Shown: positions 49,215 to 62,642, counted from the whole stretch's first letter. The stretch: 63,996 bases of DNA, filler included, from Asterionella formosa (GCA_002256025.1; 18 parts of 18 records of this genome joined end to end with filler, not necessarily neighbours in it); one strand, 5' to 3'. A program made the numbers and translations. The notes: generated by a model from the letters alone, not told the origin.

Positions 49215-50190
49215 TTTAACAACCAAACTTCCAATTCATCTTTCTCTACCAATTCATTGTCAATTTCTATCTAGCATAGTATTCGATTTATACGAGATAT
49301 CAATGCCAATATTTCGAATGTCGATATGCTCGCTCAGAACGAACATAATTTGATCAAATTGCTCATCAGGATGGTGTGTAAATTTTCGGTACTTGTAGCT
49401 TGATCATTAGTGCAGTAGCAACAGAAATTACAAACAACCCTTCTCAACCAATTTAAGACCGATTTCTATCTAGCATAGTACTTGATGTATCAATGCAGTC
49501 GTGTCGAATGTTCATATGCTCAGAACGAACGTATATTGATCAAAGGAGGCCTCCGGATGTGTAAATTTTCGGATGCTTGTGGACTGATCATCAGTGCTGT
49601 GGCAACAAAAATTCCAAACCATCTTTCTCCACCAATTTAATTCTAATTTTTATCAATCATAGTATTCGATGATCACGAAATCAATGGCGTCATAATGAAT
49701 GTCGATAAACTAAGAACGAACATATTTTGATCAAATTGTTCATCAGGATGTGAAATAAAATTTTCGGTGCTTGTGGACTGATTGTAATTCCAGTGGCAAC
49801 AAAAATTCTTAACCATCTTGCTCCACCATTTTACGGCTGATTTCTATCTAGAAAATATTCGATGTACACGAGATCAATGCCGACATATATTGATCAAATT
49901 GGTCATCAGGATGTGTACGATTTCAGTTCTTGTGGACTGCTGCATGACCAGTATTCCAAACCATCTTTCTCCACCAATTTAAGACCGATTTCTATCAAGC
50001 AAAGTTTTCGATGTACACGAGATCAAAGTCGTCATGGACAATGTCGATATTCTCAGAGTGAACATATATTGATCAATGGAGGCATCAGGATGAGTAAAAT
50101 TTTCGGATGCTTGTGGACTGATCATCAGTGCTGTGGCAACAAGAATTCCAAACCTCCTTTCTCCACCAATTTAAGGCCGATTTCTATCCA
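49215..50190 (+). repeat. Diverged tandem satellite, unit about 150-200 bp, about 5 copies
   Basis: Recurring blocks catctttctccaccaattt, atttctatctagcatagtattcgat, gaacatatattgatcaaa, catcaggatg and cttgtggactgatcat, with anchors near 49249, 49448, 49631, 49826, 49974 and 50166. Confidence 0.9.
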
Positions 50191-51797
50191 NNNNNNNNNN
50201 NNNNNNNNNNNNNNNNNNNNNNNNNNNNNNNNNNTTAATTAATTAANNNNNNNNNNNNNNNNNNNNNNNNNNNNNNNNNNNNNNNNNNNNTCTTGAATCA
50301 GCAACGAGACGAATGATAAGAGTTCGACAGCCTTTTGTAGTTCCAGTAGCATCCTTTTAGTTCGCTCTGACACTTGTCTCAACAATATGTCATGTCCATC
50401 ACTACTACCAAATGTAGTATGACATCGTTGTTGTCATAGACTACTTCTTATTGTATTTTGCAGAGAAGGGTGAAACGATCAAAAGTTGAGTTTAAGATTC
50501 TGCAGAACCATGATTGAAAGAGGGATGGGATTGCTGGCATTACATCACAAAATATTCAGTTGAATTAGACTTTGTACAATGAAGGAGAAAGGATTTAATT
50601 TTCGAGTCAACTAATGTATATGCTGTTATAGTTATTATTGATTTCAATTTATTTGTCATCACTTAGTTTCTACTTCTAACTAGTAAGTAATTGTTGCTAA
50701 TTGAAGTGTTTCTAGAAGGCCTCATAACAAAAATGGAACAACTATTTTAGACCAGGAAGTGTTATAAGAATGTCATCAGCTATAAAGCAATTATAGTTTG
50801 CCTAGAAAGAAAAACTCTGCATAATATGTAATATCGTCCACCAGGTCTCAAATAACATGATTCCTGGTGGTAGGTGTCCATCCCATGACTTTGCCAACAA
50901 CAGCTTCATCCAAAAAGTGCACAAAGAAGATGAAATTTAAGTCTTTATGTTTTTGCTGCGATTTTGATTTCGATGGGTTTTTTGCTCAAGCGATACCAAA
51001 GTTAGTCAACAAAAACAAAAAATTACAGCATTATAAATAACAGTGTCATATGTAAAAATATGTTTATTTTTATGAATGACAACATTTCATTTTCTGGAAA
51101 ATATCTGCTTGCTCCTCCTACCTAAAAGTATGGCTTGCTCTACTTCCCAGAAAATGTATTCATGTTCATATACACGTGAATCGTCCTCAAAGGTATACCC
51201 GTATATCGGTATATACATATACATGTACATAAATATATACCCATCTTCCGTTTATATTGCGACGATGGCCCTTCCTTCTTGCTTCTGGTCGAAGGAGACA
51301 AGCCCGAGAGGGCTTCCCTTCTTTTCAAAGGTTGCTAATAATTATGGCAAACCGGTAGCTAACCTCCCATCACATCTCGATAATCTCATGATGATCGCAT
51401 CCACTATTTGTCAATCTTCTATTGTTTAGAGGATATATGTATGAATGGAAACGGAACATGTCTCATCAATCTCAACTCGCCAAAAGGAGAAACAAGGGAA
51501 TCTCAAATGTTTCCTTCGCATGTCGATTTCTGAGTGTTCTCGTTTTTACCATTGCGGGCCTTGTTGTCTGCTCTNNNNNNNNNNNNNNNNNNNNNNNNNN
51601 NNNNNNNNNNNNNNNNNNTTAATTAATTAANNNNNNNNNNNNNNNNNNNNNNNNNNNNNNNNNNNNNNNNNNNNGGTGCAGTGATAGGCGTAACAAGCAG
51701 ATATATTACAGGACACGAGCAATGGATCCTGATAGAGTTTTACAAATAGTGTCTAAAGGTGGAAATGTTCGGCTTGTCATCCATTTTTGCGTACTTT

Positions 51798-52913
51798 TTA
51801 TTCGTTAGGGTTGTGGAAATGGAACTTGGATGCCCCCAAAGCAGACATAACTGTATCGAAAATACCGAATTGTCCAGCAGTCAGGGTACCAATCATGACA
51901 CAACGAGGGACGAGCCCGACAGTGCAAAGCTTCCAGAAGCCAACTTCTCTGGCAATGTTACCAAGACGAGATAGCATGCCTCCGGATCCACCAGCTCCAC
52001 TCTTATTGATCTTCGAGAGGAGTGTATCGGCAGGGTGGGAGATGATCGCGGAGGCAACTCCGGCAATAACACCAGACGAAAGTGAAATGGCCATGTTAGT
52101 ACCAGCAGTCTGTTGACCGGGGCTGCTGCCCATTGAGGCATAAATGGCATCAGCAGTATTTCCCTGGACCGCAAACTTGGCCATTGTGTAAGGGATCTGT
52201 TTGGCGAGAATAGGAAGTAGGCCAGAATAGAATCCTCCAATGCCTTCTAGCTTTAGGATCTTTCCAAATCCATCAGCTAGTCCGTCGCAAAACGTAGGAT
52301 CAGATACGGAACGGATACGAACAGCCTCAAGAGGACACAAGAAAATATCCGCAATGAACTCTGCGCAAGCAGCGGCACCAAGATAGATTGCGGTCTTATT
52401 TTCCCATGCCTTCACTTCGCCCATGGACTGGACGGCGGTGACCTTGAAGAACTCGACCCCACCAAACTTGAACCATCCCTGAACAAAGTATCCGAAAGCG
52501 GTTGCTCCCAAACCAGTGGTTAAGGCCATGGCTCCCTCCTCGGCAATGATTTGACGGAATCCTCCAACGAGACCCTTATTGTACTACAGCATTGCGAAAG
52601 GAAGCAAGTTTGATGCGTGAGAGACTTCGTTTTTGTAGGTGACGTCATGGGTAAATAATTTTTGCTAGGCTGGAAAATTGATTTCCGAATTTCCTAGATC
52701 CATCGTCATTCGCCAAATCAGCCACAAGCACGCAGTACTAACCTTGACTGGATCCAGCTGAACTCGCGTTTTAACGACGTCGACAGGCGTAAGAGCGCCG
52801 TGAGTGATAGAGCAGCAGATGCCACCAGCTGCGGCACCCTTCAAGTAGTACATCATGTCATACTTGGTATCGGCCGAAGGAGCGAGGAGGACGGCACCGG
52901 GAACGTTCATCAT
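51798..52913 (-). CDS. Mitochondrial phosphate carrier (SLC25A3/MIR1 family), 2 exons
   Basis: Exons 52913-52743 and 52583-51798. Motifs GGICCSITHGALTPVDVVKTRVQ, GYFVQGWFKFGGVEFFK, AEFIADIFLCPLEAVRIR, KQIPYTMAKF, SHPADTLLSK. Confidence 0.95.
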
Positions 52914-53063
52914 GGTCAATGTATTTTTGATTTAGGCGGAAGCGAAAAATGACACATTNNNNNNNNNNNNNNNNNNNNNNNNNNNNNNNNNNNNNNNNNN
53001 NNTTAATTAATTAANNNNNNNNNNNNNNNNNNNNNNNNNNNNNNNNNNNNNNNNNNNNCAGGT

Positions 53064-53600
53064 ATGACGAAGAGCAAGATCGACCCTATGTTATTTATGC
53101 ACCGGAACAAGGATGGACAAATTGATGGTCTACTTGTTAATTACGTGGATGACGGTATTGTATGTGGGACTCCAAGTGCAGTGGAGTATATGAAAAATGT
53201 TATCAAGGAAGATTTCAATATTACCGAGCAGGGTATTCCACAGAAACACCTAGGAGTGGAATATGTTTGGAAAGAGGACAAGTATGGTGAATACGTGAAG
53301 GAACAGATTCATACGAGATTGTCCGAACCAGTTCAGAGTGGAACGATGTTACAGCCTCTTGAGCGTGGCAATGGGGAGGATGTCAAGAATATTAGCCCGA
53401 GTCACAAGGATTGTGGACTCGATTGTAATCGAACGAGTCGAATATTGCATTGCCACGTCAATCAGCTGTCTAACGAGATCAGAGATTGAAGATTTCTATG
53501 GAAATGTTAAGTGGAAACTCGAAGAGAGTCTTAGAATGACTTTGCAGGAAGCAAAGATGCATGGAAAGGAAACATTTAGTTTAGCTTATAATTTAATTTG
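53064..53600 (+). mobile_element. Ty1/Copia reverse transcriptase fragment, degenerate downstream
   Basis: KIDPMLF...LLVNYVDDGIVCG...FNITEQGIPQKHLGVEY (catalytic YVDD). Similarity is lost after about 53300. Confidence 0.8.
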
Positions 53601-54579
53601 AGATTTAGATTATCAACCGAGGAAACATGTCAGAATGTGTCTGTTAGGCTGTTGATGTCGACAGGTGTCCGAAGACTAGGTAGTCTGAGGAATGTCTAAA
53701 CGGAAATAGACAGGATTTATATAGCAGAAGAATCTGCAGACGAGCGGCGTGAGAAAGATCTTGACCGGTCATTCCAGGGCAGTACTGGAGCGCGCTAGAG
53801 TAGCGCCATATATTTCAACAGAAACAGTGTGTTAATTGACAGGAAGGTCAATTAGTCTATCTAGCAGGAAGGCTAGAAGCAGAGACAAGAGAGAAAGTGA
53901 GTGGTACTAGGTAGTACTACGATCACGTAAGAGTCTACGTGAAGAGAGACCCAACCCGCGGGAAGGAGTACGGACCATTTCAACATCATGGTGGGGGTGC
54001 ACAGAGGGAGCGAGGATGTCGAGTGCCGGCTGCCTTGTGATGTGAACGTCAAGACATACGTAATGTCGTTCCGGTGCCTGCAGTGGTATGATACCTGTGT
54101 TACTACCGTTATACGCATATCCAGATGCATATATTCTATATGCCTGCCCAAGGTGCAGTGGTAAAAGACGGTTCGCACTATGAATATAATTTGAATACAT
54201 ATATACCGGTAGATATCTTATATAGCACTGGTACAGTACATGGTGGTCCACAGCCATAACAATGAATTGTGAAACTGGTAAACCTGGCTAATAATAATAG
54301 GACAACTGCTATTCTACCACTGGAATGGTACCTTGTACTCCANNNNNNNNNNNNNNNNNNNNNNNNNNNNNNNNNNNNNNNNNNNNTTAATTAATTAANN
54401 NNNNNNNNNNNNNNNNNNNNNNNNNNNNNNNNNNNNNNNNNNAACTCACACTGATCTTCCTCTACATTCAATTGACATTGCAGCAAACCCTTTCAGTGCA
54501 GGAGCATTCGCATGCCGTTCCGAATGAGCAGGCTTTATTTCATTAATGAAACTCTTCAATTTAGTTGAATGAGCTCCAG

Positions 54580-54966
54580 AAAATTACGTAAACAAATTTA
54601 ACATATTAAGTGAACTTTATTCTACAATTATGTGAACGAAATTACAGAATTACGTGAAGGATTTCAAATAATTATGTGAAGTATTTCAAATAATTATGTG
54701 AAGTATTTCAAATAATTATGTGAAGTATTTCAAATAATTATGTGAAGTATTTCAAATAATTATGTGAAGGTGATCACATAATATAGTGATGATCAGGAAT
54801 GCATGCATGATACTTTGATCAAATATTTAACGTGATGTATTCAGATAATATATAGACATGTTCAACTACGTATTTTGATGTATTCAACTAATTCATGTGA
54901 TGCATTCAAAATCAACTAGGCTTATTTACGTGATGGTCACTTCACGTAATACGCGGCTTAGATGTG
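54580..54966 (+). repeat. Dispersed repeat, copy 2, with a 5 x 22-bp tandem array
   Basis: atttcaaataattatgtgaagt repeated five times at 54661-54769. The remainder matches 20992-21298. Confidence 0.88.
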
Positions 54967-56845
54967 GATCTCGGTCATTTTGGTGTATTTCTATGAGTTA
55001 CTTGTCAAATCTTGTGCTTCTTTCATCTTTTTAATGTTCAGTATGTACTGAACCTGTAGGGTGGGATGGAAACAGTCTGTGGATCTGATTTGGATGCTTG
55101 GATATTGTCAATAGCCTTACTCAATCTACTGATGCTGTTTGGTGGATCTCTGTCATTTTGGTGTCTCTCTATGTGTTACTTGTCAAAGCTTGTGCTTCTT
55201 CCATCTGCTTGTAGCATGTTGTATACTTTGTACCCGCTATGGCGCTGAAACGGACTCATTTGATGGTGTAGCTGTAAATATACGTCGCCCTCCATGGTGA
55301 GGGAGGCTGCTTACCAGTTACTTGAATTTCTTTAAATTTTGTAGATAGAAAACTATAGATTCTACTATGTTACACAGAATTATGTTCAAAAAATATAATA
55401 TACCGGTAATACACATTAATGGTCCATATTATTTTTGATATTTGTTGTCACATCATGTTCAATGCATTGTTCTTGGTTTCAAAAAACGCAGTCATTATTC
55501 ATTGAACAGTGGATAATGACAAATATTTAACACACTGACAGAGATCAAACAAAAAGACCTCAAAAGAACGCGAAGTTTGCAAAAGACCACATAAGTTTGC
55601 AAAAGACCGCAAAACACTGCAAAAGAACAGGAAAACACGGATATACAATGTTTTTCTGCTGAATTTTGCAGTCTTTTGCAAACTTTGCTTTCTTTTGCAT
55701 TCTTTTTTGCTCTTTTGCTCTTTTGCNNNNNNNNNNNNNNNNNNNNNNNNNNNNNNNNNNNNNNNNNNNNTTAATTAATTAANNNNNNNNNNNNNNNNNN
55801 NNNNNNNNNNNNNNNNNNNNNNNNNNTTTGTTGTGTTGCGCAGGAAGTCACAAATAGGCGGGAGACATCCATCGACCAAGTCGGACAGAAGTGTCAGGTC
55901 AGTTCTTGTCACATCTCTTCGTTCCAACTCCTCTTATTCGAAACCGTTTGATACGGCGGGATACAACCTTCCTCGCTGTTTCCCAAGTCCAATGGTACCA
56001 CCAGAATGCAGCAAAGTTTTCTTCCCATTCATGATCCTTGGGACTTCGTCATGTTGTGGCGTTCTACCCCCTGCTCCATAACCACAGCCACCCTGTCGCT
56101 TTTTGCAGTTGCTGAGCAATGAACGACTATAACAATAACATGATTAGTTGAAGCAAAAAATTGTTAAAATAGTTATTCATCAAATAAGAATGATTGATTG
56201 TACCAACGGCATTTGTGGATGCGGATATCGGCGCCAACAACTGCTTGTGCTGTTTGTTCTTTGGCAGTCGATATCAAGGGAAAATGTGATAGAGGAAAAA
56301 ATAATAATTGAATCGAAATTAGGTACTCTTTACTTAATTATGTGGTGAGACCAGCATAATATTGCCGTGAAGTGGCGTAATTTCGCCATTATACCGTTAT
56401 GAGGGCTAGTTGGAAAAAAATATTGTTGCGAACTCACATAATTATTGGTTTGATCACATAATTATTAGATAAGTAGAATAAATTTTGTTTTAGAACACAT
56501 AAATTTTGGTTTGACCCAAATAAATTCCCAAAAAAGTAGCATAATATTTTAGAAAAGTAGCATAAATACGTCACTTTAGACATAAATTTGAAAAAGTGCC
56601 GTAAACGGCGTCTTAGATGCACTGCAGTAGCAACAGTCCTGAACATATGGTGTTCTGTTGCTAGTTTACTACTCCGACTACCCCCACCAGCATATCACTT
56701 ACTACCTGCTACTGGTACTCTGTATATATATATGATATATTGTTATTGTCATATGATGTACCGGTACACATGAAGAGCTCCCGCCCAAAAAGGGGGCTTA
56801 AACAATTTGCCACCATAACCCTGGCGGTTATGACTTACACGGTTC

Positions 56846-57110
56846 ACGTAGTCGTGGAAAACAATGGACATATAGTGCATTGAGTATTTTCGAATTATGT
56901 ATATGCGAGTATGATCATCTCAACCATATCAGATGTTCCATATCGAGAGCGCCTTTGAATTTTATAAAATGTATTACGCTATATATATATATATATATTT
57001 ACAAATTTTATTACTATATTCATGGCCAATATATTTTTCAAATCGTTCTGTCACGTTAACAATCAATGCCTGCTGCTTCATGAAAAGATACGTCGTAGTA
57101 AAGCACATGA
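56846..57110 (+). repeat. Dispersed repeat of about 265 bp, second copy at about 59996-60258
   Basis: cacgtagtcgtggaaaacaatg...gatgttccatatcgagagcgc...cgtcgtagtaaagcacatga is near-identical in two different contigs. Confidence 0.88.
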
Positions 57111-57210
57111 NNNNNNNNNNNNNNNNNNNNNNNNNNNNNNNNNNNNNNNNNNNNTTAATTAATTAANNNNNNNNNNNNNNNNNNNNNNNNNNNNNNNNNN
57201 NNNNNNNNNN

Positions 57211-57675
57211 GAACTGTTGTCCTCCTCGAATGCCATCAGGAATGGTAACCATGTAAGCAGTAGGCCCTCCTTGATGTCCATCTTGAATGGGTTGAACATT
57301 TGGTGAATCTTGTAGTAGACTGTTGTTGTTGGCATTGCCATCAGGAAGAGGAGGAGTAGTAGTAGGAGGAGCTGCTGCTGCTGGGACTGCAATTTGCAAG
57401 GCTTGTCCAGGTCTAGAATCTAATGGACAACGAATTCTAACAATTCGACCTCCAGCATAGACTAGAAATTCTTCTCCAGGTTGGACACTTTCTGGAACAG
57501 TTACACGAAAGACAGTAGAGTTCCCTCTCACACTTACGGCACCAGGACGAGAGGTAGCAGTCGTTGTTGTTGTTGTTGTTTGTTTGATGCTACCATCATC
57601 GGACTTGGAATGGATTGTAGAAGCGGAATTGGAAACTTCGCCACTCTTTTTGCGTTTGATGAAAGCTGACGACAT
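57211..57675 (-). CDS. N-terminal part of a protein with VTVPxGxxPGxxF repeats, truncated by contig end
   Basis: ATG at 57675. Repeats FRVTVPESVQPGEEF, RCPLDSRPGQALQIAVP, YMVTIPDGIRGGQQF. I recall such repeats at the N-terminus of diatom HECT E3 ligases, but no HECT domain is in the window. Confidence 0.65.
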
Positions 57676-58995
57676 CGTGTGTGTGTGTTTTGTTCAGTTC
57701 TGTTTCGGTCTTTCTTTTGATGTAGCTGGTATGTTGTACTATTACTGACTAGTACCGGTACAGCAGACTCAAAGTTCTACTGATAGATGGATGGATAGAT
57801 AGATGGATGGAGAACTAATGTTTGTCGTCGTTTGGTTGTTGTTTGTTCTCCAAAGTATTTTTTCCATATATTTATTTCCTGTGTTGTTCCTCTGCTCCTT
57901 GCTTGCTGCTTTTTCAAAGCCTGCATCGCTTTTTTTTCCCCTGTCTGAAAGGAAGAATCATGTTCCATTCATGCATGCTGTGGAGGACTGTAAAATAGGT
58001 ACCACGTAAAACCTGTATGCCATCGTTATTTTTCTCTATCTTCCGACTAAAAATATTTATGTAAGACAACAATCAAAACTTGATGCAAGTACAAAGTATT
58101 TGTTAGACGATGCTCTCTGCTATACTATTAAGGAATCAGTGTTGATTCAGTGTATCTAGTCATGAGATAAAAAATTTCCAAAGTCACTAAGATTATCGCA
58201 TAGCGGTGGCTTACAGTGCAAATTTTTCTATCTGTATATGAATATATTTTCCGCCGGAACCGTGTTTATTTCTACTCCGTTTATACTTCAAAAATTCTTT
58301 TCTTTTTACTCAAATGGCCTTTTCTTCAAAGGCCTTGACTTGTGCATTGGCAATGTCTGAGTAGGTGATTGTCTGCTGATTTGATTCTCGAGTCTACAAC
58401 TGCATCACTGGCAGGTACAAGAGAGAGTATCCCAGTTCTAATTCTTGGATCATCGCCAGGTCTAAATTCCAGTTTCCTGACATATGCCGACTTNNNNNNN
58501 NNNNNNNNNNNNNNNNNNNNNNNNNNNNNNNNNNNNNTTAATTAATTAANNNNNNNNNNNNNNNNNNNNNNNNNNNNNNNNNNNNNNNNNNNNCCCCCAC
58601 CCACCCACATTTGGCCAAAATCATATGATAAATTTGATTCTCCACTTCGAAAACAGGACTAGTATCGTTAGTTTGATGGCATCTACTTAGTCGTATATTA
58701 GTGCCGAATATCCACCATGTATTTCGTTTTCTATTTATTGGTCTGTGAATATGTTAGGTGCCCAGCACACCAGTGCATTAAACGAAATCGTCAGTTGTAA
58801 ATAAATATCAGTTCTGGGAAACAATTCGAGAAAATAAAATTCTCATGGGCTATATTATTAATGATTGTCTTAGTTTATTGAGATTTTTGGTTAACAGAAT
58901 AATACAAAAACAAAATGAAGCACTGCTTGCGGTATATGAATTTGTGGGCTCGTCGACAAAGCCAATGATGGTATGTGCTTTTTTCCCGCTAGCTT

Positions 58996-59388
58996 TCATC
59001 CACGTCCACGCGAAGAATTACCAAATGCACGGCTCTTCTTACGTCGGGATCGACGATTGCAGGGTCTCTGACCTTTGTTGGCCCGTTTGACAACGCGATT
59101 GTTTCGATTCATCACTTGAAGAATCATCGTGTTCCAAAAGGATGTGTCAGAATTGTAAGGTGTGCGCTGGTATTTAAAAGTAGCCGATTGGAGAGGAATA
59201 AGTTTGCTCTTGTCCACCGTTGGTTTGGCGGGAAGAAGAGGTGTGGGAAGAACCCAACGTGTTGGCTGCTTTGGAAGTGGCATCATAGAAAAGAATCGAG
59301 GGAACGAGCAACGAACAGGATACCATGCTGCTGCTGGTGCTGATCGAAGCGTTGCCGGTGTCAATCTGGAAAGAATAGAAGACATCAT
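58996..59388 (-). CDS. Small protein with a mitochondrial-type presequence and a very basic C-terminal peptide (candidate mitoribosomal protein)
   Basis: ATG at 59388. Acid-free Ser/Arg/Leu-rich N-terminus (MMSSILSRLTPATLRS). C-terminus MNRNNRVVKRANKGQRPCNRRSRRKKSRAFG. Confidence 0.65.
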   Translation of the reverse strand: MMSSILSRLTPATLRSAPAAAWYPVRCSFPRFFSMMPLPKQPTRWVLPTPLLPAKPTVDKSKLIPLQSATFKYQRTPYNSDTSFWNTMILQVMNRNNRVVKRANKGQRPCNRRSRRKKSRAFGNSSRGRG

Positions 59389-59789
59389 TTTGCAAGCAGG
59401 GTTGCGTTGTTTCGGACAATGCAACTAGGGACCTTATTGTTTCTATTGACAGAATTGTATACTAGTGATAGTAACGGTTGCAATTGAGGACAACCTTACG
59501 ACTACACTATCCGAACAAAGCGAAGCTGTGCCCCCACATTCACGTGGAGTTGCGATGGAAATTTTGTTCTGGTATGTTGTCAACGGAAACGTCATGTAGC
59601 CCAATTGATATTTAGGAATTCGATTACTAGGAGTCAGTATATCACTTGATGATGTAGTGATATATATAAGAGATTGAGTCTTAAATGGAAGGTAATGAAA
59701 ACTAGAAATTTCCAGAAGATTACAGATTGTAGAAGGATCCAAGGTTGTATAGAACTTAAGTGACAAACTGTGTGAAAGGTCAAGAAGAG

Positions 59790-59876
59790 TGAATCTTGTA
59801 GGGATTTAGGGTGGTGGATCTTGTAGGGATCCAAGGTGGTGGATCTTGTAGGGATCCAAGGTGGTGGATCTTGTAG
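59790..59876 (+). repeat. 25-bp tandem repeat running into the contig end
   Basis: Unit ggtggtggatcttgtagggatccaa, about 3 copies plus a diverged upstream copy. Confidence 0.85.
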
Positions 59877-60768
59877 NNNNNNNNNNNNNNNNNNNNNNNN
59901 NNNNNNNNNNNNNNNNNNNNTTAATTAATTAANNNNNNNNNNNNNNNNNNNNNNNNNNNNNNNNNNNNNNNNNNNNTTCAGAAACAATTCCGGTACACGT
60001 AGTCGTGGAAAACAATGAACATATAATGCATTGAGTATTTTCGAATTATGTATATGCGAGTATGATCATTTAAACCATATCAGATGTTCCATATCGAGAG
60101 CGCATTTGAATTTTATAAATGTATAAGGCTTAATATATATATATATTTACAAATTTTATTACTATATTCATGGCATATATATTTTTGAAATCGTTCTGTC
60201 ATGTTAACAAACAATGCCTGCTGCTTCATGAAAAGATACGTCGTAGTAAAGCACATGACAAGAAAAGAAAGTTTTCGCAATACATAACGAAAAACATTGT
60301 GACTTCGACACATTGCGCCTTCGAAGGATGGAGAATGTCTAAGGTAATGAAGCCATCAATGTGGTACTTGGATGACAATCGTTGGGAGACAGGCAGCAAA
60401 ACAACAAATTGTTAACTAATCGCAGCCACATTTCCTTTTTTCTCAGTTGATTCAACAGCTCGTTTCGCTTGTTGGGGAGCACCAATGTAAAACAAAACCA
60501 AACCAAATTGCATAAGTGCTCTTGTCGCTCGTTGGACCTGTTCACTTCTGTTGGAACAAAACTAACAAAACGTTTATATTCTCTCAAAGTTAAGATGAGA
60601 AAAATGAATCGGTAAGTTTTATTCCACAACATTGGATACCCGAAACTTACTTATTCAAGAATTTGGCTTACTGACAAGTTACTATTACAGACTTATGCAT
60701 CAGTTGCATTGATTTGTGGTAAGTGAAGCAAGAGGATACGATGGAATTGCGTGTTCTTGTGTCAATGT

Positions 60769-60894
60769 AACATGACTAGCTAACAAACCATTCCTTCTCA
60801 TTGTAACTGTAACTGCATGCATAGGAAAATAAACATGACTAGCTAACAAACCATTCCTTCTCATTGTAACTGTAACAGCATGCATAGGAAAATA
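60769..60894 (+). repeat. 63-bp tandem duplication
   Basis: aacatgactagctaacaaaccattcc...cataggaaaata at 60769 and 60832, one mismatch. Confidence 0.9.
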
Positions 60895-61359
60895 AAAACA
60901 ATCAAACAACGGAATAGTCGGCAAGTTCAGAATGACACTTACAGCAGGGAAAGAGACGCAGCATCAGTAGGGCACTGCCTCGCACACGATTCAGATCAGA
61001 GGAAGACAGAGCGAGAAAGGGATATACATTGAGCCGAGTAGAGAGAGAAACGTTGGGTCGCTGGCATGTAGATTAATAGATAGCATTGCTTAATTTGATA
61101 GTTAAATTACGATCCATTTCAATCTATTTTGAGCAATGCTTGTGATTAGAATTATGATCATGTTTACAATAGATTTACGATGAAACAATTCACATGATAG
61201 CATAGAGTTGAGCTGGTTTCCAGGATACGTTGTAGTTATAATTTACATCGGGCGATCACNNNNNNNNNNNNNNNNNNNNNNNNNNNNNNNNNNNNNNNNN
61301 NNNTTAATTAATTAANNNNNNNNNNNNNNNNNNNNNNNNNNNNNNNNNNNNNNNNNNNN

Positions 61360-62642
61360 CACTATAATTGCAGGCATGACCATTGACTACAACCATCACT
61401 GTAAACTTGAGTTTGGAACATACGCACAAGTCCACGAGGAACACGATAACAGCATGACTGCACGCACGGTTGGGGCCATTGCCCTATGCCCAACAGGAAA
61501 CCACCAGGGAGGACACTTCTTTTTCAGCCTAAGCACAGGTCGCGTCCTAAACCGCAGCCATTGGACTGTGCTGCCAATGCCCACTGATGTTATCGATCGC
61601 GTTCACAAAATGTCACGTCGGGATGAAACTGAAGTCACCCTATATTTTGCCACAAAACGCGGTCAGATTGAAGATGAGATGCATGACGATGTGGACGATG
61701 ACACCTTTGATCCAGCCAACAATGACAATACTGACGAAGATGATGACGACAACGCTGATGCCGCAGCACCCGTCCACATCGTAGGAGTGAATGACAATAG
61801 CGATGTAGAAGATGTAGAAGATGGAGACGAATACGATCTCGAAGCCACGGAACCAGGCAACGAACTAAACGAAAACACTGCCGAACTCAACGATGAAGAA
61901 GAAGTCGACAAGGAACCCAACCCGCCTGATAATGATGAACCAAGAGCTGACAACAGCGATGTAGATGGTGAAGACAAACACGATCCCGAAGCCACGGAAC
62001 CAGGCAACGGAATAAACGAAAACACTGCCGAACCCAACAATGAAGAAGAGGTCGATGAGGAACCCAGTATCGAACAACGGATTCAACAAATGGACGCCGC
62101 ATATGGCCAGAGACAACACCAATACGATCTGCGGGCTTGCAAGCCTCGCGACTATAGTCACCTACATGTCATACTAGAAGGCACCGTCATGACCCAACAC
62201 AACATAAAGAAAGGGCTACAAGTATTCGGCGAAGCCGGTGTGGAGGCTGTGCTTAAGGAATTGAACCAATTACATGAACGTGGAGTACTCAAACCAACAA
62301 AAAACTTATCACATGAGAAGCGCACAGATGCACTACAATACCTCATGTTTTTGAAACAAAAACGCAATGGAACAATTAAGGGCCGTGGCTGTGCTGATGG
62401 TCGGAAGCAACGTCAGTACACAACTAAGGAAGAAGCTAGCTCTCCAACTGTCGCAATTGAATCTGTCATGCTGTCATGCGTACTTGATGCGCTAGAAGAG
62501 CGCGACGTAGCCACGGTTGATATTCCTGGCGCATTCATGCAAGCTGACATGGATGATCTAGTTCATATGAAGCTTGAAGGAAAAATGGCCGAGCTCCTGG
62601 TGCGCATTGACCCAAAATTATATCGCCAACATATACAAATCG
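61360..62642 (+). mobile_element. Ty1/Copia (CoDi-type) Pol fragment: integrase C-terminus, acidic linker, RT N-terminus
   Basis: Open through the contig. FGTYAQVHEE...RTVGAIALCPTGNHQGGHFFFSLSTGR, then FLKQKRNGTIKGRGCADGRKQR...SPTVAIES...DIPGAFMQADMD. Integrase before RT is the Copia order. Confidence 0.93.

Noticed and set aside
53628..53820. Possible 3' LTR (TG...CA) after the Copia RT fragment
   Set aside because: No second copy in the window, and the polypurine tract is unconvincing.
54661..54769. CRISPR-like appearance of the 22-bp repeats here and the 25-bp repeats at 59790-59876
   Set aside because: The units are directly adjacent with no unique spacers, no cas genes are present and the host is eukaryotic.
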